DNA of 58,579 nt, counting the filler, from Candidatus Desantisbacteria bacterium CG1_02_49_89 (lineage in GTDB: Bacteria > Desantisbacteria > UBA1551), in the NCBI GenBank assembly GCA_001871075.1. It is 4 parts of 4 records of this genome, joined end to end, with 100 filler letters (N's around TTAATTAATTAA, not from the genome) between each part and the next. Parts side by side here need not be neighbours in the genome. Positions count along the whole stretch, not along the records: positions 16,344 to 31,337 come from MNUP01000018.1; 3 more parts are not named here. One strand, given 5' to 3'. A program made the position numbers and the translations under genes. How positions within the stretch are numbered: the first letter of the stretch is position 1; every line of letters starts with the position of its first letter. Shown here in pieces: positions 17,965-26,883 of this stretch. The notes below the pieces were generated by a model that ran no database searches, had not been told where the DNA came from, and worked only from the letters and a program-made list of their open reading frames with translations.

Positions 17965-18530
17965 TTATAACTCTTCTGAAATAGTTTGAAAAGTGAACTT
18001 TTAATTTCTGTATATTTATTTTTAAATTTTTCGTATAATTCTTTATCCTTTTGTAAATCTAACTCATAATTATTTAAAGCTATTTTAAAATATTCCCAAA
18101 ACCCAATAATATTTAACCGCATTATCTGAAACCCGCGCATACTCCATAATACTTCAGGATTTTTATCCCTATAAATTTCTACCCCTAAGCCTAATGAACC
18201 ATCATGCATCAATCCATTTCTAAAAGCATAGTAAAGAATATTGGCAGCACTTTCAACTGATTCCCCATTTTTTGTAAAAAATAACTTATCTTTAAAATAT
18301 TTTTCTCGTTCAAAAAACTTTGGCATATAATTCTCTAAAAATTTTAAAAACGTTTGTCTCACTTGTCATGGTTTGATTCTGTTCGCATAAAATCCAGAAA
18401 CAGCATCAATTGAGCCACAAATTAATTTAGCTGCTGCTACATCATATTTATTCTCAATTAATAGTTTTATAGGAAGCAAAGCTTCTTTTTTGAAATCTTC
18501 CCAAAATTTTTCTTCATAAAAATTAAGCAT
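17961..18530 (-). pseudogene. HEPN-like protein (RNGLMH) interrupted by an in-frame TGA
   Basis: ORFs 18366-18530 and 17961-18362 share one frame: ...NRIKP*QVRQTF...; RX4H motif FRNGLMH lies in the distal part. Confidence 0.7.
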
Positions 18531-18569
18531 TTTTTCTCTAAAAATCTTCTGGCATGAGGAAGTCACAAA

Positions 18570-18591
18570 GGGCGGGCAAGCCCGCCCCTAC
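18570..18591 (-). repeat. GTAG-family REP
   Basis: GTAGGGGCGGGCTTGCCCGCCC; identical copies at 19644-19665 and 21044-21065, a variant near 30356. Confidence 0.88.
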
Positions 18592-18688
18592 CCACTCCCT
18601 AAAACACTCGCACGCTCTCGCTGTTAGACAGGCGAGAAGTGCACAGTCTCCCCTAAACACAGTATTTCCTTTCATTATTATACAAAAC

Positions 18689-18717
18689 TTGACTTTTGAC
18701 AAAAAATGTGATATAAT
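18689..18717 (+). promoter_or_regulatory. Strong sigma70 promoter facing the 3' end of the DUF3800 gene
   Basis: TTGACT (18689-18694)-N17-TATAAT (18712-18717) with TGn extension; no credible plus-strand gene follows. Confidence 0.8.
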
Positions 18718-18723
18718 ATCTTT

Positions 18724-18796
18724 AGATTTAAAAGAGGTTGTAGGTCGCCTTTAGGCGGCAGCGCATATGCGTGGGATCCTACAACCTTATTTTTTT
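18724..18796 (+). ncRNA. Candidate DUF3800-associated small structured RNA
   Basis: 10-bp closing stem AGGTTGTAGG/CCTACAACCT enclosing two hairpins (TCGCC-TTTA-GGCGG; GCGC-ATAT-GCGT), then a T-tract; own promoter. Confidence 0.65.
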
Positions 18797-19608
18797 ACGT
18801 ATTCCTCCAAACACCAACGCCAGTTATTATTTTCTCCGCTTTCAATCTTCTTTTGTGTTTCTGCCGGCATTATCTTTAAACCATATCCCCAGCAATTTTG
18901 TTGATAATTATATATAAGCCCTTTGATCTTCTTTGCATAGTCAAAAACACATCCTTTTTTCAAAATAGTCTCAAAACCTGCCCAAAATATACCTGCAATT
19001 GCGTCTGCAATCTGTAAACCTTCCTGTTTACCCGGAGTATACACTTCTATCAGATCAAAATCAATATATTTCCATTCAATCCTTATGTCAATATCATTAA
19101 GTTCTGATTTTCGTTTTAAAACGTTAAAGTAATCTTTTAATTCTCCGAAGCTCATATTAGAACGGTTTGAGAATATAAATTTCACTTTGCCTGTATTTAA
19201 CCCCGTCTTTTTCAACTCGTCTCTGACTAACCAGGAAACTCTTTCCAGCAGATACCTGGCGCAATAAAAATAAAGACGGTACCTCTCCCCAAAAAATTCC
19301 TTTTCCCTTATATCAGGTTTGCATACAGCCACTGTCGCAATATGCCATTTATATTTGCCGATCTGTTCAGCAAAAATATCCTTTTCTATGTGATGCAATT
19401 TTCTCCAATGGAGAGGTTTATTAGCCGGCCATTTTAACCTACTTTTAATTTCCGCAATTAAATCAACCACGGCTTTCTCTTCGGTATTTTTAATAACCAA
19501 AGCAGAAATTATAAACCATTCACTGCTTCCCTGCCCAAAGCTGAATCCTTCATCTCCGGATTCATCAATAAAACAAATATAATTATAAGATTTGTCAGAA
19601 TGATGCAC
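18787..19608 (-). CDS. DUF3800-domain protein
   Basis: N-terminal FIDESGD and C-terminal GLQIADAIAG motifs; GTG start with AGAGGA RBS. Confidence 0.88.
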   Translation of the reverse strand: MHHSDKSYNYICFIDESGDEGFSFGQGSSEWFIISALVIKNTEEKAVVDLIAEIKSRLKWPANKPLHWRKLHHIEKDIFAEQIGKYKWHIATVAVCKPDIREKEFFGERYRLYFYCARYLLERVSWLVRDELKKTGLNTGKVKFIFSNRSNMSFGELKDYFNVLKRKSELNDIDIRIEWKYIDFDLIEVYTPGKQEGLQIADAIAGIFWAGFETILKKGCVFDYAKKIKGLIYNYQQNCWGYGLKIMPAETQKKIESGENNNWRWCLEEYVKK

Positions 19609-19643
19609 AATAATTCCTCTTTAGAAAGATTAGGGGGCTTTCC

Positions 19644-19930
19644 GGGCGGGCAAGCCCGCCCCTACGCGGGCGTGATGAATCACGCCCCTACCCTTATCCA
19701 CTAATAGCAAAGTAAGCCCTGCAGCTGTCAATGTGCGATAAATCGCACCGCTACAAAAACGCAAGCCTCCCTCCATAATGACTGGCGGGTCTTCGAAAAG
19801 GCTTGCCCTATCCGCCCCGATGTCCATCGGGGAGAAACCTCGCCCCAAAGGGGCGGGCGACAAAATTCCTTGTTGTTGCGCTGACACGTTGATACGCTGC
19901 CTGCCCGCCAATCTTGCTGGGCGGGACACG
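19644..19930. repeat. Cluster of REP-like hairpins
   Basis: Three hairpins ending in CTAC, a GGCGGGTCTTCGA element, GTTGACAC-type heptamers and a CCCGCC...GGCGGG hairpin. Confidence 0.8.
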
Positions 19931-19933
19931 CTT

Positions 19934-20986
19934 TTACACACTAGCTAATTCTTCAAGCGATTTACTTTGAGACTTGAGCAGTCCGGACTTCTTTAAAACT
20001 AATTCGGTCATCTTGATTGCGGTTTCCCTGAAATCCTGAAAGCCCCTGCGTTTTTGCAAGCCTTCCATCCATTCTTTCGGTATAGAATCCAGGCCGTTCA
20101 AAGCACCGCATAGCTGCCCGTTCAGGCTTGAGATAGTATCCGCGTCCCTGCCTATATTCGCCCCGCCGATAATTGCCGTCTTCGTATCACCGCCCGATGC
20201 CTTGAATATGCCGAATGCCAGGGCAAACACTTCCTGCGGGTCAATTGCCTCCCACTGAAGCATATCAGCATAAAGGCCTTCCCTTGCGGAGAATACATCC
20301 TTATATTTACCGCCTATCTCCACGGCCTTGATCAGGGTTTCCTTAAGATTGTTGATCGGCCTTTTGTCAAATGTCACGATCGGCTTGTCCGGGGCAACCC
20401 TTATTGCTGTATCAAGGATGGAATCCACTGTCGAGCCTGGCCTGAACGCTTCTGCTATAGCGGCTGCGATAACACCGGGAATATACATATCCAGGTCTCT
20501 CTGGAACATTGAAGCGATATCCAGGGCATCGGTGTACGCCCTGTCCGGGTCGCAAGCGTTGTAAATACCTGCCGGGCTTATTGCCATTAAGCCGCTGCCC
20601 GTGACAATATTAAATACTCCGGTAGCCCTTGCCGGAATACCTTTCTTGAGCAGTTCATAGGTATTTTTCATGCAGAAGAAAAACTTGTTCGGGTTCATCT
20701 CCGCGAGCCACCTTTCGGCATAATCTTCCACAGTGACAGGCCCGCCTTTCCTGATATAGGTATGGCACAGGATCTGCGTGAGCGCCGTGTCATCGGTCCC
20801 GACATCAAAATTGGGATCTCCGCCCTTTGTTTTGTCGGAACTCTCCCACGGATCTTCGAGGCGTCCTTTCTTTTCGTCAATATCCCTGTAATGCCAGCCT
20901 TCAGCAGGCCTGCCGAGGTTATCGCCGATAGACCCGCCGGCCAGGCACCCAAAAACCTTTTTAAACAGCATTGTGCTTTCAAGCAT
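19934..20986 (-). CDS. ADP-ribosylglycohydrolase family protein
   Basis: IGDNLG, GTDDT, GRDADT motifs. Confidence 0.92.
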   Translation of the reverse strand: MLESTMLFKKVFGCLAGGSIGDNLGRPAEGWHYRDIDEKKGRLEDPWESSDKTKGGDPNFDVGTDDTALTQILCHTYIRKGGPVTVEDYAERWLAEMNPNKFFFCMKNTYELLKKGIPARATGVFNIVTGSGLMAISPAGIYNACDPDRAYTDALDIASMFQRDLDMYIPGVIAAAIAEAFRPGSTVDSILDTAIRVAPDKPIVTFDKRPINNLKETLIKAVEIGGKYKDVFSAREGLYADMLQWEAIDPQEVFALAFGIFKASGGDTKTAIIGGANIGRDADTISSLNGQLCGALNGLDSIPKEWMEGLQKRRGFQDFRETAIKMTELVLKKSGLLKSQSKSLEELASV

Positions 20987-21136
20987 TGTTTATTCCCCCT
21001 CACCCGCAACCCTCTCCCGCCAGGGGCGAGGGTATAAGCAACCGGGCGGGCAAGCCCGCCCCTACGCGCAGGCTAAAGCCTGCGGCTACCTTGTTTTTGC
21101 GTTGACACGTTGATACGTTGACACTCTGACACGCTG

Positions 21137-24100
21137 TTACTCGACCCTATAATACCACGCATCCGGGTACGTGCCGGCAAAACTGATCTCTCCGGCGTTA
21201 TCCTTGAACTCAACCTTACCGAGTTCTTTTTTATCTTTGTCAAGCACTGTGACTTTCGTGACCTTCGCGGAATCCCCGAGTATCTTCTTAACCCTTAAGC
21301 ATAGGTTGAATTTCTGGCCGTGCGGTATGGGAAGGACTGTCAGGGCTGCCTTTTCCTTATTTATACGCAGTGTCGCGTCTGTGGCAAGCGTCCCGAAATC
21401 CACAACCGTGCCGGGCAGGTTCTTTGAAGCGAAAACCCCCTTGGATTCCTTCGCGACTGTCGCTTTCAGGTTTGTTATCTGCCCGTCTTTCTGGTCCGCG
21501 ATTATTTTCCCTATGATATACCTGTTCTCTCCGTCGTTGGCGCCTTTCATAACAGCTCGCCTGCCTGTTGTCGGGTCCCACAGCCCCACTCTTATGTCAT
21601 AGGAATCCAGGTCAAACTCATCAGGGACTACGACCGTGTAAGGGCCGTCCTCGACTGTCTGCCCTTTTACCCACTTGCTTGATCTGCTTGGCAGCTGGTG
21701 GTCGTTCTGATAAAGTATCTTTCCTCCCTCGTCAGTAAAATGCACGAAGCACGCGTAGTCTATGTCTCCCGGTTCTCCGGCAACCCACCTGTACTTGATC
21801 TTGAACTTTCTTTCACCCAGATAGGTAAGCTCTGAAAGCTGCGGCTCGATAATAAGGGTTGCTTCCGCGTGCATAGTCTCATACGTGCGCGGGTCAGCGA
21901 AGATCCACTCCGGAGTCTCCGAATAATCCCCCAGCTTCCCGTTGAAAAGCGCGGTGGCCGCAAGAGCTCCCGCGCCCTTTCCGAGGAACCCGTACGGCGG
22001 AAGCGTGTATCCCTCGACCTTCCATTCATTTTCGTTGTTTATCCACAGTTCCAGGCCGCTTGTGTATTTCACGTTAACCTTCCTGGACGCGTCTATGCGG
22101 GAAGCCGTATTTGAATTCACCCATTTGTCGCCCAGCATATACTGGATCTTTTCCGCGAGAAAAGGAGCATACCTTGCCATCATCGGCTGTGTCAGATAAT
22201 ACTCCCTCAGGGTCTGCGTCAGGTTCTTGTGGAAAGAAGTGTCTATGAAACCCGCGTGGCCGTATGCAAGCTCCTGGCCGCGGTATTTTTCGATCTCCAG
22301 CTCTGTCCAGCGCCTGTCAACCTGGCCCTGGAGCTCGTACCATCTTGAATAATACCCCATCCCGTGGTTGACCATAAGCGGGTGGACTTTCAACAGGTCA
22401 AAATCCACCAGCACCGGGCAGAACTGCCCGTTGGCTATCTGCGCCTCGCACCCGTCAACGCGTCCTGCCCAGAACGCGTGCTGGTTTCCCTCTCCGAATA
22501 TCGGCCCGCCGTGTGTCTCCCTTTCGAAATTGTAGAGCCACGTGAGCTTGTCAAACACGTATTTAAAACTCGCCGCCCCCTCTTCTTTCGCGTCAAAATC
22601 CAGTTGCCATGGAGCGCCTGTGGGCTGGACATCCAGGTAAGCCGCCTTTGTCTGGTATGCTTTGTTGATCAGCGGGCTTTCCTGCCTCGCGTATTTCTCT
22701 ATCCAGGTCGGCTTCATCCTGAAAGACTGGATCTTCGTGCCCGGCTGGTACCAGGCGTTGATCCTGTTCTTGTTCTGGTCAACAGCCACGGCTTCTTCCG
22801 TGTATTCGGAATAATCGGGATAATAATCAATGTAATTCTCGTGGAGAGAGAGCACGTAGCCGAGATTTTTCGCCGTGACGCCCAGTATCTTCATCCCCTC
22901 GTCCCCGCCCATGCGCGGGTCTGCCGGGTAATGGGACGGAAGTTTAACATCGTATCCCCACCTCTGCCACACGTGATAGATTATCACAAGGTTGTCAATG
23001 CCGTAGCCTTTCAGGGTTTCCAGATATTTCGCGCTGTCCTTGTACTGGTCGCCTGTCCACCAGTCCAGCATGACCCTGGAGCCCAGCACATCCATGTACG
23101 GGGTCCTGGGATTCGGCATGTTCGGGAGCACTTCAAGCAGGTCGTCGGACACCGCGATGTACAAGCTCTCTTTCAGCGGGTTCCTTGTCCTGTCTGTCTT
23201 CTGTGAATAGATGGCTCCGGGACCAGCGTAAGGATCGAACCAGGAACATCCTGTCTTTGTCCAGTCATAATAACCTGAAACAAAATAGTTGTTCGTGTAA
23301 TAAACCGGTATCCAGTTCATGTAGGGGACCATGACCTGCTTCGCCGGTATCCCTGCAAGCGGCCCTTTGAACGAATTAAAAAGCGCCTGCGAAGAAGAAA
23401 CATCGATCAGCAGGCTCTTTCCCTGGACCGAAAAGGCATACGCAATTTTGATATTCTCATTTTCGCACGCGGCTTCGCAGTTATAAGTGAGTTTGTTGTT
23501 TTCAAGCTTTGCGTTTAGGATCTTCGGGCTGAGTTTCGCGGTCGAATAATTCTTGTTCCCTATAGATATCTGCGGGCCGGTGTAAGCCGGTTCGCTCTTG
23601 AACAGCGTCACCCCGTTGACAAGCACGGCTACGTTAAGCGTCAGCCCGGGAATGACCTCATACGAAATAGTGTTGTCCTCGCCCTTGTATTCAAAAACAT
23701 ATTTTCCGCTGTCCTGCCTTGCTGAATTCAAATATTTTACAGCGTCAACAGAAGGAATTATTGTAGGCACAGCGGGCGCTGCCAGGGCAAGCAGGCTTTT
23801 ACGCTCCCTCATCCTTATGGCGAACGCCTTAGCATACGCGGTCCCGGTGAAAACCTGGTCCTGGTATTTTAAAGAGCTTTCCAGCGTGTATTCTCCCTCG
23901 GATTTCAAAGAAGCCATATCTTTCACGATATGCTTCTCCGCGGCGTCAACCTTTTCCGCCACTGCCTGCTTGTCTATAACATTGCCCGCCCTGTCTTTCA
24001 GGGTTATATCGCCTGACAGGTCTCCGCCCGGTTTGACAGTGTAAACGCCTATCATCGCTTTCGGCGTTTCGCCGGGTATGTAAAGGTCTTTATCCGGGCT

Positions 24101-26587
24101 TGCCCACGCGAACGCGTTGTCGCAGAACGTCAGCTTGCCGAATGTCTGGGGGTTAAACCAGTAATCCGCGCTGTTCGGCGCCGGCTTCCACGCCATTTCG
24201 TGTATGCGTTTCCCCGGCTTATCCGTGTCGCCTATGATAAGCTGGAAACCGAGGCTCTGGCCTGCCTGCGGGGTTATGCCCATTGAAGCGAACGGTATCT
24301 TTACTTCCATTATCCAGCCGTTGTCAAACATCTTTGCCGCTGTTTCCACGAGCCTGTAATTATAGTCCTTGTGGTCAAACCCGTTGTAGGACTGCAGTTT
24401 TACCATGGGCTTAAGCCCATCGCCTTCCGGGATGATCGCGAACAGGTAATCGTCCTTTCCAGGAGTAGGACCAGGAGTAGAGCCTTTAGGCTCATTACCT
24501 GGAGTAGGGCCTTTAGGCCCGTTATTAGAAATATATATCCTCGTGTAATCGCTCTGGAAAAAGTCCCTGCTCTGCTTATCCTGAAAATTAAGCGAATCGT
24601 CGCTTCGCACCTCGGCAAGATAAAGGTTGTCCTTGTCATACCCCAGGTAAAATGTGGAACCCAGGTCCATAACCCCTTTCCACTCCTCGTCCTCTATGGT
24701 AAGCTGTTTCTTTTCCCCTATGCACAGCGGCGCGCCTGTTATTTCCTGCGGCCAGTCGCTGATATCCCCGTCAATCTTCAGAGATTTGGGGATCTTGAAC
24801 ACAGGAGCGGTCCCAAGAGGGAAAATATTCGCCAAAGGCGGGAAAGGCGTGGCAGCCGCTCCCTGCATGCTTTTTAATTTCCTGAATTTTATGTCTTTTA
24901 TCCTGCCAGGGGTCCCGGAAATTATCAGTTTTCCCAGCACTATCTTGTCACTTCCGCTCGTGGCTCCTCCCAGTTCCGGGAACCTTCCCTTTTCATTGTA
25001 CAGGCCCAGCTGGATGTAGTAAACACCCGCCCCGCACTTTTCAGGCACGCCCACGTTGAAAGGGCCGTCGATAAAAGTGCTTTTTTCCTTCCAGGAAGAT
25101 ACCGGTGTCGCGGGCGCGTGGTCTCCCTGGAAAGCTATGTCCTCCCGGTCGTTCTCGCCGTAATCAGCATTGGTATAATGTATGAAAACAGTATAGTCCT
25201 CCTCTATCTTTTCCTTTACAAGCCACTCGTAGGTAACGCTGAACTGGCTTTTGCCCAGGTACTTGAAATCGCTGATCCTGGGATAGATAACGCCTTCCTT
25301 TATCTCATAATCCGGCTCTTCGTCGTCCACAAATTCCTCCGCTTTTTCCCCTGTTTTTTTCACGGCTTCAACTTTCGGCAGTTCCTTGCCGGAAGCGATG
25401 ATCCCCAGGTCCTTCTGGGTAATTTTGCCGGGGAACACCCTTATGTCGTCAACCGCTATCGCTCCCTGGAAACGGACCCCTATAACAAGGAAATAGTCGT
25501 CAAAATCGTCCAGGGTGAACGTTGAAAGCATTGTGCCTGTCTTGCCTGCAGGGTCCTTGATGTCGATCCAGCCCTTGTCCGACGGCCCGGGACCCGGAGT
25601 CGCGGTGCGCGCAAGGAAATAAAAAGTGCAGTCGCCTTTTTTTTCTGTCACTTTATAGTTGAAAACAACCGTGTAGGTGCCTTTGGCCTTGAACTGAAGG
25701 TTCACCGGGTCAGAATGGAAAAACTCAAACCACTCCCCTTCCTGTTCAACGGTGGTGCAGAAAAGGGATGATTTGCCAGCGATAACGTTTTTCGGGTCAT
25801 TCGAGATCTCAGCGCCGAACGCAATTATATATTCCTCGGGTTCACCTGGTTCAAACCCGTACACCGCGATTGCTTTTCCTTTTTCCTCTGCCGCCCCCGC
25901 CTTAACCTTAACCTTGTCCACCTCGTAGGTGGACATGGGTGCTGCTACCTGCCCGGGTTTTGCCATGTCAATAACGAATTCCCCGAACGACGGGCATCCG
26001 GCCGCGTCGCCCTGCCAGCCGGGATGTGCGAAATAGCCTTTTTTCTGTGATGTGCCGCATGACCTGGAAGTTGCCTCAAAAGTAGAGCCCGTCACAGCCG
26101 GATCATTCGGAGAAACGTCTTCCTCATCATTGATATAACCTGTGCGCGCTGGTTTTAGTTTCTGGAAATCGAATAGTATTTTCGCTGAAACAGGCATCAC
26201 CCCGTCGAATTCTTTCGGCAGGTCGCCCTCAATAATGTAGATGTCACCCCAGCACGCCCAGTCAAAAACCGTGGTTGCACCGGGATCTGTGATGAATTTG
26301 AGCGCGATCTTTTTATCCCTGAACTTGCTCATGTCGATCCTGCATGCCTTCCAGGCAATCTCTGTCCACTCATCCTCACCTACGAGACTGCCTTTCTTTC
26401 CCGGCTCGCCTATCTCAACCTTGAAAATGACCCCGTCCGCCGGTTCAGCCCCGTCCCCGATACCAACGGAATAAACAAGCCACAGCTTCTGCTGCTCCGC
26501 GGCAGAGCAGTGGCCAGTGTCCAGTGGCCAGTGTCCAGTTAAAACAGATACTAAAAGAATAAACCATATTAGGTTGAATTTTTTCAT
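21137..26587 (-). CDS. 1816-aa secreted multidomain glycan-active protein (CBM9-like plus DUF5696/GH101-GH129-like catalytic region)
   Basis: Signal peptide; IDGDISDW...YDKDNLY...EVKIPF (CBM9-like); WQRWGYD, LHENYIDYY, AYLDV, GEG; repeated FxH...QxDH...DGP domain. Confidence 0.75.
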   Translation of the reverse strand: MKKFNLIWFILLVSVLTGHWPLDTGHCSAAEQQKLWLVYSVGIGDGAEPADGVIFKVEIGEPGKKGSLVGEDEWTEIAWKACRIDMSKFRDKKIALKFITDPGATTVFDWACWGDIYIIEGDLPKEFDGVMPVSAKILFDFQKLKPARTGYINDEEDVSPNDPAVTGSTFEATSRSCGTSQKKGYFAHPGWQGDAAGCPSFGEFVIDMAKPGQVAAPMSTYEVDKVKVKAGAAEEKGKAIAVYGFEPGEPEEYIIAFGAEISNDPKNVIAGKSSLFCTTVEQEGEWFEFFHSDPVNLQFKAKGTYTVVFNYKVTEKKGDCTFYFLARTATPGPGPSDKGWIDIKDPAGKTGTMLSTFTLDDFDDYFLVIGVRFQGAIAVDDIRVFPGKITQKDLGIIASGKELPKVEAVKKTGEKAEEFVDDEEPDYEIKEGVIYPRISDFKYLGKSQFSVTYEWLVKEKIEEDYTVFIHYTNADYGENDREDIAFQGDHAPATPVSSWKEKSTFIDGPFNVGVPEKCGAGVYYIQLGLYNEKGRFPELGGATSGSDKIVLGKLIISGTPGRIKDIKFRKLKSMQGAAATPFPPLANIFPLGTAPVFKIPKSLKIDGDISDWPQEITGAPLCIGEKKQLTIEDEEWKGVMDLGSTFYLGYDKDNLYLAEVRSDDSLNFQDKQSRDFFQSDYTRIYISNNGPKGPTPGNEPKGSTPGPTPGKDDYLFAIIPEGDGLKPMVKLQSYNGFDHKDYNYRLVETAAKMFDNGWIMEVKIPFASMGITPQAGQSLGFQLIIGDTDKPGKRIHEMAWKPAPNSADYWFNPQTFGKLTFCDNAFAWASPDKDLYIPGETPKAMIGVYTVKPGGDLSGDITLKDRAGNVIDKQAVAEKVDAAEKHIVKDMASLKSEGEYTLESSLKYQDQVFTGTAYAKAFAIRMRERKSLLALAAPAVPTIIPSVDAVKYLNSARQDSGKYVFEYKGEDNTISYEVIPGLTLNVAVLVNGVTLFKSEPAYTGPQISIGNKNYSTAKLSPKILNAKLENNKLTYNCEAACENENIKIAYAFSVQGKSLLIDVSSSQALFNSFKGPLAGIPAKQVMVPYMNWIPVYYTNNYFVSGYYDWTKTGCSWFDPYAGPGAIYSQKTDRTRNPLKESLYIAVSDDLLEVLPNMPNPRTPYMDVLGSRVMLDWWTGDQYKDSAKYLETLKGYGIDNLVIIYHVWQRWGYDVKLPSHYPADPRMGGDEGMKILGVTAKNLGYVLSLHENYIDYYPDYSEYTEEAVAVDQNKNRINAWYQPGTKIQSFRMKPTWIEKYARQESPLINKAYQTKAAYLDVQPTGAPWQLDFDAKEEGAASFKYVFDKLTWLYNFERETHGGPIFGEGNQHAFWAGRVDGCEAQIANGQFCPVLVDFDLLKVHPLMVNHGMGYYSRWYELQGQVDRRWTELEIEKYRGQELAYGHAGFIDTSFHKNLTQTLREYYLTQPMMARYAPFLAEKIQYMLGDKWVNSNTASRIDASRKVNVKYTSGLELWINNENEWKVEGYTLPPYGFLGKGAGALAATALFNGKLGDYSETPEWIFADPRTYETMHAEATLIIEPQLSELTYLGERKFKIKYRWVAGEPGDIDYACFVHFTDEGGKILYQNDHQLPSRSSKWVKGQTVEDGPYTVVVPDEFDLDSYDIRVGLWDPTTGRRAVMKGANDGENRYIIGKIIADQKDGQITNLKATVAKESKGVFASKNLPGTVVDFGTLATDATLRINKEKAALTVLPIPHGQKFNLCLRVKKILGDSAKVTKVTVLDKDKKELGKVEFKDNAGEISFAGTYPDAWYYRVE

Positions 26588-26736
26588 TACATCTCCTTTT
26601 TTAAAAAAATGATTACAGCGATTTTTTACTGACGATTGCAGCGATAAAAATTTAACAGGGATTTAGCGGGATTCAAACTACAATACTTTTTGCTTTTTAA
26701 ATCTCATTAAATCCCTGTAAAAAGCCTTTTTCGTGA

Positions 26737-26802
26737 TTTCCTCGCCCATCCTTTCAGTTGGGCGAAGTCTCGCCCGCTGAAAGACGGACGGAGTGCTTTC
26801 GT
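26737..26802. repeat. ~65-bp double-hairpin repeat, copy 1
   Basis: TCCTCGCCCATCCTT..TGGGCGAAGTCTCGCCCGCTGAAAGACGG.CGGAGTG; copy at 39471-39536, partial at 57599-57622. Confidence 0.85.
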
Positions 26803-26883
26803 CCGCAGCCCGCCACGATTATTGGCGGGCGCAGGCCCCTGCGTTATAGTTCCAGCTTCATCGGAACTGCAGGGGGAAATCTT

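Noticed and set aside
18366-18368. TGA as selenocysteine or genetic-code reassignment
   Set aside because: No SECIS-like hairpin or redox context; TGA terminates many intact genes in the window.
18610-18642. GTTAGAC as an integron attC core site
   Set aside because: No properly spaced partner box, no repetition between the island genes, and no integrase.
19630-19941. 103-aa ORF, and similar ORFs at 30093-30392, 40289-40591, 42712-43047 and 57519-57818
   Set aside because: Translations of repeat clusters with no RBS or protein motifs.
26770-26792. CTGAAAGA loop as a hammerhead ribozyme core
   Set aside because: Does not match CUGANGA and lacks the three-stem arrangement with GAAA.
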